Below, piece by piece: positions 42,977-51,563 of a stretch of 64,000 bases of DNA. Position 1 is the first letter of the stretch. The number at the start of each line of letters is the position of its first letter. Source of the DNA: an uncultured Acidobacteriota bacterium (GTDB lineage Bacteria > Acidobacteriota > Thermoanaerobaculia > UBA5066 > Gp7-AA6). The translations under genes and the position numbers were made by a program. The notes under the pieces were generated by a model. It made no database searches. It was not told where the DNA came from and saw only the letters and a list, made by a program, of their open reading frames with translations. Where the stretch lies: the NCBI GenBank assembly GCA_963837495.1, contig CAWINF010000001.1, forward strand, positions 1,289,843 to 1,353,842. Direction: 5' to 3'.

Positions 42977-43097
42977 GGCGCCGGTCAGAATAGCCGACCG
43001 CTCTCTTTCCTCTTTGCGCGGATAAATCCGCCCGGAGTTGCGGAAAGACTCGGACCAGGGGTCCCCCGTCCTGCCTCCGAGGTCATGGCATAATGGA

Positions 43098-43111
43098 ACT
43101 GACCGGTCAGT
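43098..43111. promoter_or_regulatory. Perfect 14-bp palindrome ACTGACCGGTCAGT, a putative TetR operator overlapping a -10-like element
   Basis: It sits about 20 bp upstream of the tetR start, between the divergent MFS and tetR-efflux operons. 'CATAAT' lies 6 bp upstream. Confidence 0.55.
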
Positions 43112-43130
43112 CTCGAAACAAAATCAAACC

Positions 43131-43712
43131 ATGCCGCGCGCCAAGACCCTCGGCAAAAGGGAAGAGATCCTGGAGTCGGCTTCGCGTGTCTTCGCGGAGA
43201 AGGAATTCCACCAGGTGCTGATCGACGACGTCGCGGCCCTGGCGGGCGTCGGCAAGGGAACTGTCTACCGCTATTTCCGGACCAAGGAGGAGCTCTATTT
43301 CGAGACGATCCTTCAGGCCTTCGATGACCTCCATGTCCTGCTGGTCCGGACCTCATCAAAGCAGGCCTCCGCGACCGCCCGGCTGGACCGGATCGCCCGG
43401 GAAATCCTGCAATTCACCTGGGAGCGCCGGCACCTCTTCAGCCTGCTCCAGAGCGACGAGAGGCGGTTCGCGATGCGGGAGGCGGACCTTCGCAAGAGGC
43501 GCGAGGACATCATGGATCTCCTCCGGAAGGCGGTCCTCGACGGGATCGAGGCGCGGGAGTTCCGCGGCATGGACGCCCGCCTCGCGGCCGAGCTTTTTCG
43601 GGGCATGATCCGAGCGGCGAACTGCTTTCGAAGCGAGGACGATTCGCTGGATTATCTGGTGGCCGAGATCCTCGGGATCTTCACCCGGGGAATCGCCAGG
43701 CAAAGCGCATGA
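43131..43712 (+). CDS. TetR/AcrR family transcriptional regulator
   Basis: The N-terminal HTH 'FHQVLIDDVAALAGVGKGTVYRYFRTKEELY' is present. The stop overlaps the start of the downstream OMF gene (ATGA). Confidence 0.88.
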   Translation: MPRAKTLGKREEILESASRVFAEKEFHQVLIDDVAALAGVGKGTVYRYFRTKEELYFETILQAFDDLHVLLVRTSSKQASATARLDRIAREILQFTWERRHLFSLLQSDERRFAMREADLRKRREDIMDLLRKAVLDGIEAREFRGMDARLAAELFRGMIRAANCFRSEDDSLDYLVAEILGIFTRGIARQSA

Positions 43713-45193
43713 AGAAGAGTTGGAATCTGCTGGCAATTGCCGCCGCTGCCCTCGTGGCAGCGGCGGGCTGCGCTTCCTTTCCGCCCGCTCGCTCGGTGGA
43801 CCAGGGCGTCTCCTCCGCGCCCGGCCGGTCCTGGCAGCCTCCGTCGGAGGCGCGGTTGCCGGCGCCGACACCTGCGCCGGCGCCGGCGATTCCGGCCGAG
43901 TACCTCCAGCCCGGCGCGACGCTGTCGCTCTCACAGGTGCTCGACCTGGCGCTTCGCAACAACCCGCTGACCAGGGCCTCGTGGTTCCAGGCCAGGTCGG
44001 CGGCCGCGGACCTGGGGTCCAAGAGGTCGGAGTACTTCCCGACGCTCGAGATCGACGGAAACATGACGCGCCAGAAACAGGCCGCCCTGGGCGGAAGGAG
44101 CATCTTTCTGCAAACGAGCTACGGCCCTTCCGCCAGCCTGACCTGGCTGCTCCTGGACTTCGGCGGGCGCGGCGCGGACGTCGAAGAGGCCAAGCGCGCG
44201 CTCTTCGCGGCCGACTACACGCACAACGCCACGATCCAGAACGTCGCGCTCCAGGTGGAGCAGGCCTACTACCAGTACTTGGACGCCAAGGCGCTCAAGG
44301 CGGCGGCGGCGGCGAGCCTCAAGGCCGCGCGCGAGAGCCTGTCGGCGGCGCAGGAGCGCCACCGCGCCGGCGTGGCGACGATCGCCGACGAGCTGCAGGC
44401 CAGGACCGCGTTCTCGCAGGCCGAGCTGGTCCTCGAATCGGTGGAGGGACAGATCCAAACGATCCGCGGAGCGCTCGCGACGGCCATCGGGGTCTCGGCC
44501 AACATTCCCGTCGAAGCGGGAGAGCTGCCCCGGGACGTCGATGTCGAGGCCGTCGGGCAGACCGTCGATGCCTTCATCGCAAAGGCCGAGGCGGACCGGC
44601 CGGATCTGGCCGCCGCCCGGCTGACGGCGCTCGCGGCGGAGAGCCACGTCCGCTCCGTCCGCGCGGAAGGGCTGCCCTCTCTTTTCGCCAACGGCGCGGT
44701 CAACCGGACCTACTACTACCACTCGGCGACCGTGCCCTACGCCGACGTCTATGCGGGGACGATCCTGCTCCGGATCCCGATCTTCACCGGATGGAAGAAC
44801 ACCTACGACGTGCTCAAGGCGCGAGAGGACGCGGAGGCGGCGCGCTGGCAGGTCGAGACCCTCACGGACCAGGTGATCCTCCAGGTCTGGACGAGCTACT
44901 ACAGCCTGAAGACCGCCGCCCAGCAGGTCAAGACCGCGCGAGACCTCTATGCGAGCGCGCAGCAGTCCGAAGATGTCGCGCTCGGCCGCTACAAGGCAGG
45001 AGTGGGAAGCATCCTGGATTTGTTGACGGCTCAGACCGCGTTCGCCAACGCCTCCGCGCAGGAGGTCCAGGCGCGCGCGAACTGGTTCCTGGCGATGGCC
45101 CAGCTCGCGCACGACACCGGGGCGCTTCCTCCCGCTCCGAGTCTCGATACGGCTCCGCCCTCCGCAACGAAAGGAAACACGGGAACCCCATGA
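43709..45193 (+). CDS. Efflux outer membrane factor lipoprotein (TolC/NodT family)
   Basis: The lipoprotein signal is 'LVAAAGCAS'. Two OEP repeats carry 'LDLALRNNPLT' and 'LDLLTAQTAFANAS'. Confidence 0.85.
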   Translation: MKKSWNLLAIAAAALVAAAGCASFPPARSVDQGVSSAPGRSWQPPSEARLPAPTPAPAPAIPAEYLQPGATLSLSQVLDLALRNNPLTRASWFQARSAAADLGSKRSEYFPTLEIDGNMTRQKQAALGGRSIFLQTSYGPSASLTWLLLDFGGRGADVEEAKRALFAADYTHNATIQNVALQVEQAYYQYLDAKALKAAAAASLKAARESLSAAQERHRAGVATIADELQARTAFSQAELVLESVEGQIQTIRGALATAIGVSANIPVEAGELPRDVDVEAVGQTVDAFIAKAEADRPDLAAARLTALAAESHVRSVRAEGLPSLFANGAVNRTYYYHSATVPYADVYAGTILLRIPIFTGWKNTYDVLKAREDAEAARWQVETLTDQVILQVWTSYYSLKTAAQQVKTARDLYASAQQSEDVALGRYKAGVGSILDLLTAQTAFANASAQEVQARANWFLAMAQLAHDTGALPPAPSLDTAPPSATKGNTGTP

Positions 45194-46314
45194 GCAAGAT
45201 TTCAAACCATTTTCTTCTTCTGGCTTTACTAGGGGCGGCCGCTCCGGCCGCCCCTGGCTGCGCGAAGAAGACGCGGGTCGCCGCGAAGGAATCGGTTCCT
45301 GTCACGGTCGGGACCGCGGCGAAACAGGATGTGCCTCTGGAATTGCGCGCGATCGGCCACGTCGAGCCCTTTTCGACGGTCGCGCTGAAGGCGCGGGTGG
45401 GCGGCGAAGTCACGAAGGTCGGATTCAAGGAGGGGGAGGACGTCCGGAAGGGGGCTTTGCTCTTCCAGATCGATCCGCGCCCCTACGAGGCGGCGCTCGC
45501 CCAGGCCCGCGCCCAGCTCGAGCGCGACAGCGCGATGGCGAAATGGTCCGAAGACGAGGTCAAGCGCTATGCCGACCTCGTCCAGAAGGACTACGTCACC
45601 AGGGAGCAGTTCGACTCAACGCGGTCGAACGCCGCGGCCTCGCTCGCGACCGTGAAGGCCGATCAGGCCGCGGTGGAGAACGCGCGGCTGCAGCTTTCCT
45701 ATTGCACGGTGACGGCCCCCATCTCCGCCCGCGCCGGCAGCGTCCTCGTTTATCCCGGCAACCAGGTCAAGGGCAACGACGACAAGCCCCTCGTGGTTCT
45801 GAACCAGGTTCAGCCCGTATTCGTATCCTTTGCCGTGCCCGAGTCCTCGCTCGCCGCGATCCGCCGCAACTCCCGGCCCGGACAGAGACTCGCGGTGTCG
45901 GCGTCTCCCGCCGGCAACCCCGGCGGGGCCCAGAAGGGAGAGCTGACGTTTCTGGACAACGCGGTCGATTCCACGACGGGCACGATCCTGCTGAAGGCGA
46001 CGTTCTCGAATGAGAACGAGGCTCTCTGGCCGGGCGTGTACGTGGACGTCGTGCTCCGGCTCGCCACGGAGCCGGGCGCCATCGTCGTCCCGTCGCAGGC
46101 GGTCCAGACGGGACAGGCGGGGCAGTACGTCTACGTGGTCAAGAACGACCTGACCGTGGAGTCGCGGCCCGTCACGGTCAGCCGGACCCACGGCTCGTTC
46201 TCCATCGTGGCCAACGGCCTGCAGGCGGGGGAGCGCGTCGTCACCGACGGCCAGCTGCGGCTGGCCCCCGGCGCGAAGGTGGAGATCAAGACAGCGGAAG
46301 GGAAGGCCTCATGA
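45190..46314 (+). CDS. RND efflux periplasmic adaptor (membrane fusion protein)
   Basis: The lipoprotein-like N-terminus is 'LLGAAAPAAPGCA'. The biotinyl/lipoyl-type hairpin 'CTVTAPISARAG' and the beta-barrel domains are present. The start overlaps the OMF stop. Confidence 0.85.
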   Translation: MSKISNHFLLLALLGAAAPAAPGCAKKTRVAAKESVPVTVGTAAKQDVPLELRAIGHVEPFSTVALKARVGGEVTKVGFKEGEDVRKGALLFQIDPRPYEAALAQARAQLERDSAMAKWSEDEVKRYADLVQKDYVTREQFDSTRSNAAASLATVKADQAAVENARLQLSYCTVTAPISARAGSVLVYPGNQVKGNDDKPLVVLNQVQPVFVSFAVPESSLAAIRRNSRPGQRLAVSASPAGNPGGAQKGELTFLDNAVDSTTGTILLKATFSNENEALWPGVYVDVVLRLATEPGAIVVPSQAVQTGQAGQYVYVVKNDLTVESRPVTVSRTHGSFSIVANGLQAGERVVTDGQLRLAPGAKVEIKTAEGKAS

Positions 46315-49300
46315 ACATCGCCGAGCTGTTCATCCGCCGCCCCGTCATGACGACGCTCGTCATGGTCGGGATCCTCCTCTTCGGCGTCATGGGGTATCGG
46401 CTCCTTCCGATCTCCGACCTGCCCAACGTGGACTTTCCGACGATCCAGGTCTCGGCGTCGCTGCCCGGGGCCTCGCCGGAGACGATGGCGTCCTCCGTCG
46501 CGACGCCGCTCGAGAAGCAGTTCTCGACGATCGCGGGGCTGGACAACATGAACTCGAACTCCACGCAGGGCTCGAGCGCGATCACGCTGCAGTTCAATCT
46601 GTCGCGCAACCTGGACGGCGCGGCCCTCGACGTGCAGTCGGCCATCTCGGCGGCGGCGCGGCAATTGCCGCCCAACATGCCGAGTCCCCCCTCGTACCAG
46701 AAGGTCAACCCGGCGGACAGCCCGGTCCTCTACCTGACGCTGACCTCCGCGACGCTTCCTCTCTCGGACCTCGACGAGTACGGCGAAGTGATGATGGCCC
46801 AGCGGATCTCGACGGTCTCCGGCGTGGCGCAGGTGCAGGTCTTCGGTCCGCAGAAGTACGCGGTGCGGGTGCAGCTGGATCCGCGGGCGCTCGCCTCCCG
46901 GGGCATCGGCATCGACGAGGCATCCGCGGCCGTGCAGGGGGCCAACGTCAATCTGCCCACGGGCACCCTCTACGGCCCGATGACTTCTTTCACGGTGCAG
47001 GCCAACGGCCAGTTGACGGACGCCTCCGCCTACCGCCCGGTCATCGTGGCCTACCGCAACGGATCCCCCGTGCGCCTCTCCGACATCGGCCGCGTCGTGG
47101 ACGGCGTCGAGAACGACAAGACGGCCGCCTGGTACAACGAGGAACGCTCGATTTCCCTGGCGATCTACAAGCAGCCGGGGACCAACACCGTCGCCGTGGC
47201 CGGGCAGGTGCGCCGGCTCCTCCCGACGTTCCAGAAACAGCTGCCGGCCGCGGCGACGCTGCACGTCCTCTACGACCGCTCGCAGTCGATCCGCAACAGC
47301 GTCAACGACGTGCGTTTCACACTGCTGCTGACGATGTGCCTCGTCGTCCTCGTCATCTTCCTCTTCCTGCGCAATCTCTCCGCGACCGTGATCCCGTCGC
47401 TCGCTCTTCCCTTCTCGATCGTCGGGACCTTCGCGGTCATGTACCTGCTGGGCTACAGCCTCGACAACCTCTCGCTCATGGCCCTGACCCTCTGCGTCGG
47501 ATTCGTCGTGGACGACGCGATCGTGATGCTCGAGAACATCGTCCGGCATATGGAGCGCGGAGAGGGACCGCTCGAAGCGGCGTTGAAGGGCTCGAAGGAG
47601 ATCGGCTTCACGATCCTCTCGATGACCATCGCGCTCGCCGCCGTCTTCATCCCGATCCTCTTCATGGGCGGCATCATCGGCCGCCTCTTCCACGAGTTCG
47701 CGGTGACGATCGGCGTCGCGATCCTCGTCTCGGGCTTCGTCTCGCTCTCCCTCACGCCGATGCTCTGCAGCCGTTTCTTGAAGCCCCATCGCGAGGAGAA
47801 GCACGGCCGCCTCTATCGCGCGACCGAGCGCGGCTTCGACGCGATCCTGTCGTTCTACGGCAGGACTTTGAAGCCGGTGCTGGGTCACCCGGTCAAGGTG
47901 CTCGTCTTCTCGGTCCTCGTCCTCGCGGCGACCGGGTTCCTCTTCCTTAAGATCCCCAAGGGTTTCCTTCCGACGGAAGACGCCGGCCTGATCTTCGGCT
48001 TCACCGAGGGAGCGCAGGGGATCGGGTTTGCCGCGATGAAGGCGCATCAGCAGGAGGTCGCCGCGGTCGTGCGAAGCCACCCCGACGTCGCCAACGTCCT
48101 TTCCAGCTGCGGCCCGCGGGGAAATATCAGCGTCGGCAACTCCGGAATCGTCCTGGGGCAGTTGAAGCCGCGGTCGGAGCGCAAGCGCTCGGCCGACGAG
48201 ATCATCGCGGACCTGCGTCCGAAGCTCGCGAAAATCACCGGGATCCGGGCCTTTCTGCAGGTGCCGCCGCCCATCCGCCTGGGAGGAAGCCTCTCCAAGA
48301 GCCAGTACCAGTACACGCTCCAGGACTCGGACACGGCGGAGCTCTACCGGTACGCGCCGCAGCTCGAGCAGAAGATGCACGGGGTCTCCGGCATCCAGGA
48401 CGTGACGAGCGACTTGCAGCTCTCCAATCCGCAGTTGAACGTCGTTATCGACCGGGACAAGGCGGCCGCCCTCGGGATCACTCCCCAGAAGATCGAGGAC
48501 GCGCTCTACACGGCCTACGGCACGCGCCAGATCTCGACGATCTACGCGCCCAACAACGAGTACCAGGTCATCATGGAGCTGGCTCCGGAGTTCCAGGCGG
48601 ACCCCGGCTCGATCGGGCTTCTCTACGTTCGCGCCGCCTCCGGCCAGCTCGCGCCCCTCTCCGCGCTCGGCGCGATCACGACCAACACCGGACCCCTCGC
48701 GGTGGCTCACACGGGGCAGCTCCCCTCCGTGACGATCTCCTTCAACCTGAAGCCCGGCGTTTCGCTCGGGGAGGCCGTCGCCGCCGTGGACGCGCTGGCG
48801 CGCCGCACCCTCCCCGCGACGGTCCAGACGAGCTTTCAGGGGACGGCGCAGGCGTTTCAGAGCTCCATCCAGGGACTGGGCCTCCTGCTCCTGGTCGCCA
48901 TTCTGGTGATCTACATGGTGCTCGGGATCCTCTACGAGAGCTTCATCCATCCCATCACGATCCTGACGGCCCTGCCGTTCGCGGGCGTGGGCGCGCTCGT
49001 GACGCTGATGATCTTCCGCACGGAGCTGTCGATCTATGCCTTCGTCGGCATCATCATGCTCGTGGGGCTGGTGAAGAAGAACGGAATCATGATGGTGGAC
49101 TTCGCGATCGAGGCGCAGCGTGGAGGCAAGAGCCCCGCCGATGCCATCTTCGAGGCCTGCCTCGTGCGGTTCCGGCCGATCATGATGACGACGATGGCCG
49201 CCCTGATGGGGACGCTGCCGATCGCCATGGGCTTCGGAGCGGGGGCGGAGTCGCGCCGGCCGCTGGGCCTCGCGGTCGTGGGAGGGCTCGTCTTCTCCCA

Positions 49301-49481
49301 GACCCTGACGCTCTACGTCACGCCGGTCTTCTACATCATCATGGACCGGCTGCGGCAGAGGCTCGAGCGCCGCCGCGGAAAAGGCCCCGGGCTCCCCGAG
49401 GAGTCGAGACAGGCGGGACCGGCGGAAGCGCTCGAGGAGAGGACTCCGGCAGCCGCCGGGATGCGCTTCACGACGCCGTAG
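46311..49481 (+). CDS. RND multidrug efflux transporter permease (AcrB/HAE1 family)
   Basis: The protein is 1056 aa with a 12-TM architecture. The N-terminus 'MNIAELFIRRPVMTTLVMV' and the conserved 'VVDDAIVMLENI' are typical of the family. Confidence 0.92.
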   Translation: MNIAELFIRRPVMTTLVMVGILLFGVMGYRLLPISDLPNVDFPTIQVSASLPGASPETMASSVATPLEKQFSTIAGLDNMNSNSTQGSSAITLQFNLSRNLDGAALDVQSAISAAARQLPPNMPSPPSYQKVNPADSPVLYLTLTSATLPLSDLDEYGEVMMAQRISTVSGVAQVQVFGPQKYAVRVQLDPRALASRGIGIDEASAAVQGANVNLPTGTLYGPMTSFTVQANGQLTDASAYRPVIVAYRNGSPVRLSDIGRVVDGVENDKTAAWYNEERSISLAIYKQPGTNTVAVAGQVRRLLPTFQKQLPAAATLHVLYDRSQSIRNSVNDVRFTLLLTMCLVVLVIFLFLRNLSATVIPSLALPFSIVGTFAVMYLLGYSLDNLSLMALTLCVGFVVDDAIVMLENIVRHMERGEGPLEAALKGSKEIGFTILSMTIALAAVFIPILFMGGIIGRLFHEFAVTIGVAILVSGFVSLSLTPMLCSRFLKPHREEKHGRLYRATERGFDAILSFYGRTLKPVLGHPVKVLVFSVLVLAATGFLFLKIPKGFLPTEDAGLIFGFTEGAQGIGFAAMKAHQQEVAAVVRSHPDVANVLSSCGPRGNISVGNSGIVLGQLKPRSERKRSADEIIADLRPKLAKITGIRAFLQVPPPIRLGGSLSKSQYQYTLQDSDTAELYRYAPQLEQKMHGVSGIQDVTSDLQLSNPQLNVVIDRDKAAALGITPQKIEDALYTAYGTRQISTIYAPNNEYQVIMELAPEFQADPGSIGLLYVRAASGQLAPLSALGAITTNTGPLAVAHTGQLPSVTISFNLKPGVSLGEAVAAVDALARRTLPATVQTSFQGTAQAFQSSIQGLGLLLLVAILVIYMVLGILYESFIHPITILTALPFAGVGALVTLMIFRTELSIYAFVGIIMLVGLVKKNGIMMVDFAIEAQRGGKSPADAIFEACLVRFRPIMMTTMAALMGTLPIAMGFGAGAESRRPLGLAVVGGLVFSQTLTLYVTPVFYIIMDRLRQRLERRRGKGPGLPEESRQAGPAEALEERTPAAAGMRFTTP

Positions 49482-49490
49482 TCTTTTCGC

Positions 49491-51053
49491 CTACATATCC
49501 TTTGCCATTTTCGCAAACGTTCTTCGGAGCTCTTCGCGGTTGCGGGCGTCATAAAACTCCACCGGGTTGTAATCGTCGCTCAGCACGCGCCCGTGTTCGG
49601 GCGGAATCTCGACCCGGCGGATGATCGCGGCCTCTGTGCCGTCTACCGCATCCGGGTGCACGCCCGCGAGATCCGGTGGATGCAGGAATTCCGGATTCGC
49701 ACGGTCCGTCGCGACAAAAAAGGCGGATCCGTCCAGCCCGCTGCTGTGCAGCCGCACGCCCGGGAAGACTTCTTTCAATGTTCTCTCGAGCGACGCCGCG
49801 AAGAAGTCCCGGCCCGGCTCCAGACGGGCAAGCACGTTGATGACCAGAGTTCCGCCGGGGCGCAGGACATGGGCGATGGAGCCAAAAGCCTCCCGCGTCA
49901 TCAGGTGCGACGGCGAGGAGTCGCCCAGAAAAGCGTCGAGAACGACGACGTCGTACTTCTTGCGGCAGCGGTTGAGAAAATGGCGTCCATCATCGATCGA
50001 CAGCGCAACCTGTCCCGGTTGGAAATCAAAGAAGCGGGCGGCGACCTTCACCACGGCGGGGTTGATCTCGACGACGTCCACGCGCGCTCCCTGGCGAGCG
50101 AAATCGCCCGGGACGATTCCGACGCCCATCCCGATACAAAGCACGTCATGGATGTCCGCGGTATAAGCCCGCGCCAGTTGTTCCAGCACGAAGGTGAAAG
50201 CGGCGGCGCTTTGCTTGCGTTGCGGGTCGTACATGTTCTGGATGACGTTGTCGTTCAGAAGGTAACGGCAGGAACGGTCGCGCGCCGAGACCACCTGCAG
50301 CTGGCCGAAGTAGGAATTGCCGCGGAACTCCTCGACGACCTTCCGGTAGCTGCCCTTGAGACCCATATGGCCTTTGAGGCCAAAACCCGCGCCCAGCGCG
50401 AGCACGAGAATCAGGGCGGACGCCGCTTTTCGGCGATTGACCGTCAGGTAGCCGGCGCAGACCACGATCAGAACCAGCGCGGTCACATACATGGTGATCG
50501 AGTTCGGAAACAGGGGAATCAGAAGGTAGCCGATGAGAAACGTGCCCCCCAGACTCCCCAGAGTGCCGATCGAGGTGAGACGGCCCACGTTCCCGCCCAC
50601 GCTCGAAATAGAGGATGTGATCACGGGAGCGAGAAAGGGCACGGTCATGGCCAGGAGAGCCAACGGGACGAAAAACAAGATTGCGGAAGCCATCAAGGCG
50701 CCGAAGGCCAGGTTGAAATCGAGGCACCAATAAGCGACCGGTTCGCAGAGGAATACCGTCACCGCCAGGTACACGGCGGCGCCGAGGATGGCCCAGTAAA
50801 GCTGCCCCAACTTCTGCGACCGGTCCGCGAGCCGGCCTCCGGCGTAGTAGCCGCACGCCAGCGCCACGAGAGTCACGGCAATCTGCGCCGTCCAGACGAA
50901 GTGCGACAGGCCAAGGTACGGCGAGAGCATCTTGGCGCCGAGGATCTCCACGATCATGATCGCGGCGCCGGTCATGGCCGCGGTGACATACAGATAGATG
51001 CGCAGACCTCTCGACAAAGCGAGTGCCTTGACCGGCGCCGGTCGCTTCTTCAC
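49491..51053 (-). CDS. Fused membrane-domain / spermidine-synthase-like (polyamine aminopropyltransferase family) protein
   Basis: The N-terminal ~230 aa has 7 TM helices. The C-terminal domain carries the spermidine-synthase-like methyltransferase fold ('VLCIGMGVGIV', 'VDVVEINPAVV', 'YDVVVLDAF'). Confidence 0.75.
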   Translation of the reverse strand: MKKRPAPVKALALSRGLRIYLYVTAAMTGAAIMIVEILGAKMLSPYLGLSHFVWTAQIAVTLVALACGYYAGGRLADRSQKLGQLYWAILGAAVYLAVTVFLCEPVAYWCLDFNLAFGALMASAILFFVPLALLAMTVPFLAPVITSSISSVGGNVGRLTSIGTLGSLGGTFLIGYLLIPLFPNSITMYVTALVLIVVCAGYLTVNRRKAASALILVLALGAGFGLKGHMGLKGSYRKVVEEFRGNSYFGQLQVVSARDRSCRYLLNDNVIQNMYDPQRKQSAAAFTFVLEQLARAYTADIHDVLCIGMGVGIVPGDFARQGARVDVVEINPAVVKVAARFFDFQPGQVALSIDDGRHFLNRCRKKYDVVVLDAFLGDSSPSHLMTREAFGSIAHVLRPGGTLVINVLARLEPGRDFFAASLERTLKEVFPGVRLHSSGLDGSAFFVATDRANPEFLHPPDLAGVHPDAVDGTEAAIIRRVEIPPEHGRVLSDDYNPVEFYDARNREELRRTFAKMAKDM

Positions 51054-51262
51054 GGCAGAGTTGTAGCATTCTTTCGTTCGTTGCTCCTCTCCGGCAAGCG
51101 GCGAATTCCTGTAACCCCGGCCCTCCCGGACTCGTCAGAAAAGCCAAGAGGAGGTAGGGAGGGGCAGGTCCAGCACGCGGCGGGACTCCCTCCATCCGTT
51201 ACCATCACAGGTTATCCGAGTTCCGCGAGCTGTTAGCATCTCGAGGCGAGGGGGAGGAGCCG

Positions 51263-51535
51263 ATGCCCAAGTTCGTGATCGAAAGAGAAATACCGGGATT
51301 GGGAAACCTGTCCGAGGGCGAGTTACAGGCCACCGCGCGCAAGTCCGTGGCCGTCCTGAAGGAACTGGGACCCGGGATCCAGTGGCTGCACAGCTACGTC
51401 ACCGGAGACAAGCTCTATTGCGTCTACCTCGCCGCCGACGAGGCGATCATCCGCGAGCACGCGAAGAGAGGAGGTTTTCCGGCCAACCGCATCTCCGCCG
51501 TCCGCCAGCTCATCGATCCGACGACGGGAGAGTGA
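51263..51535 (+). CDS. DUF4242-like small protein
   Basis: The 90-aa ORF starts 'MPKFVIEREIPG...'. It resembles DUF4242 family members that begin 'MP.FMDVH'. Confidence 0.45.
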   Translation: MPKFVIEREIPGLGNLSEGELQATARKSVAVLKELGPGIQWLHSYVTGDKLYCVYLAADEAIIREHAKRGGFPANRISAVRQLIDPTTGE

Positions 51536-51563
51536 CGTCCGTCCGCCCGCGTCCCGGACGGAA

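Noticed and set aside
46131-48950. A 939-aa minus-strand ORF; also 59920..62883 (+, 987 aa), 18361..20850 (-, 829 aa), 8538..10478 (-, 646 aa), and 54974..57154 (+, 726 aa)
   Set aside because: Each is antisense to a strongly supported gene (RND pump, M16 peptidase, sigma-54 activator, symporter, oligopeptidase B). Their composition is low-complexity and rich in R, G, D and E.
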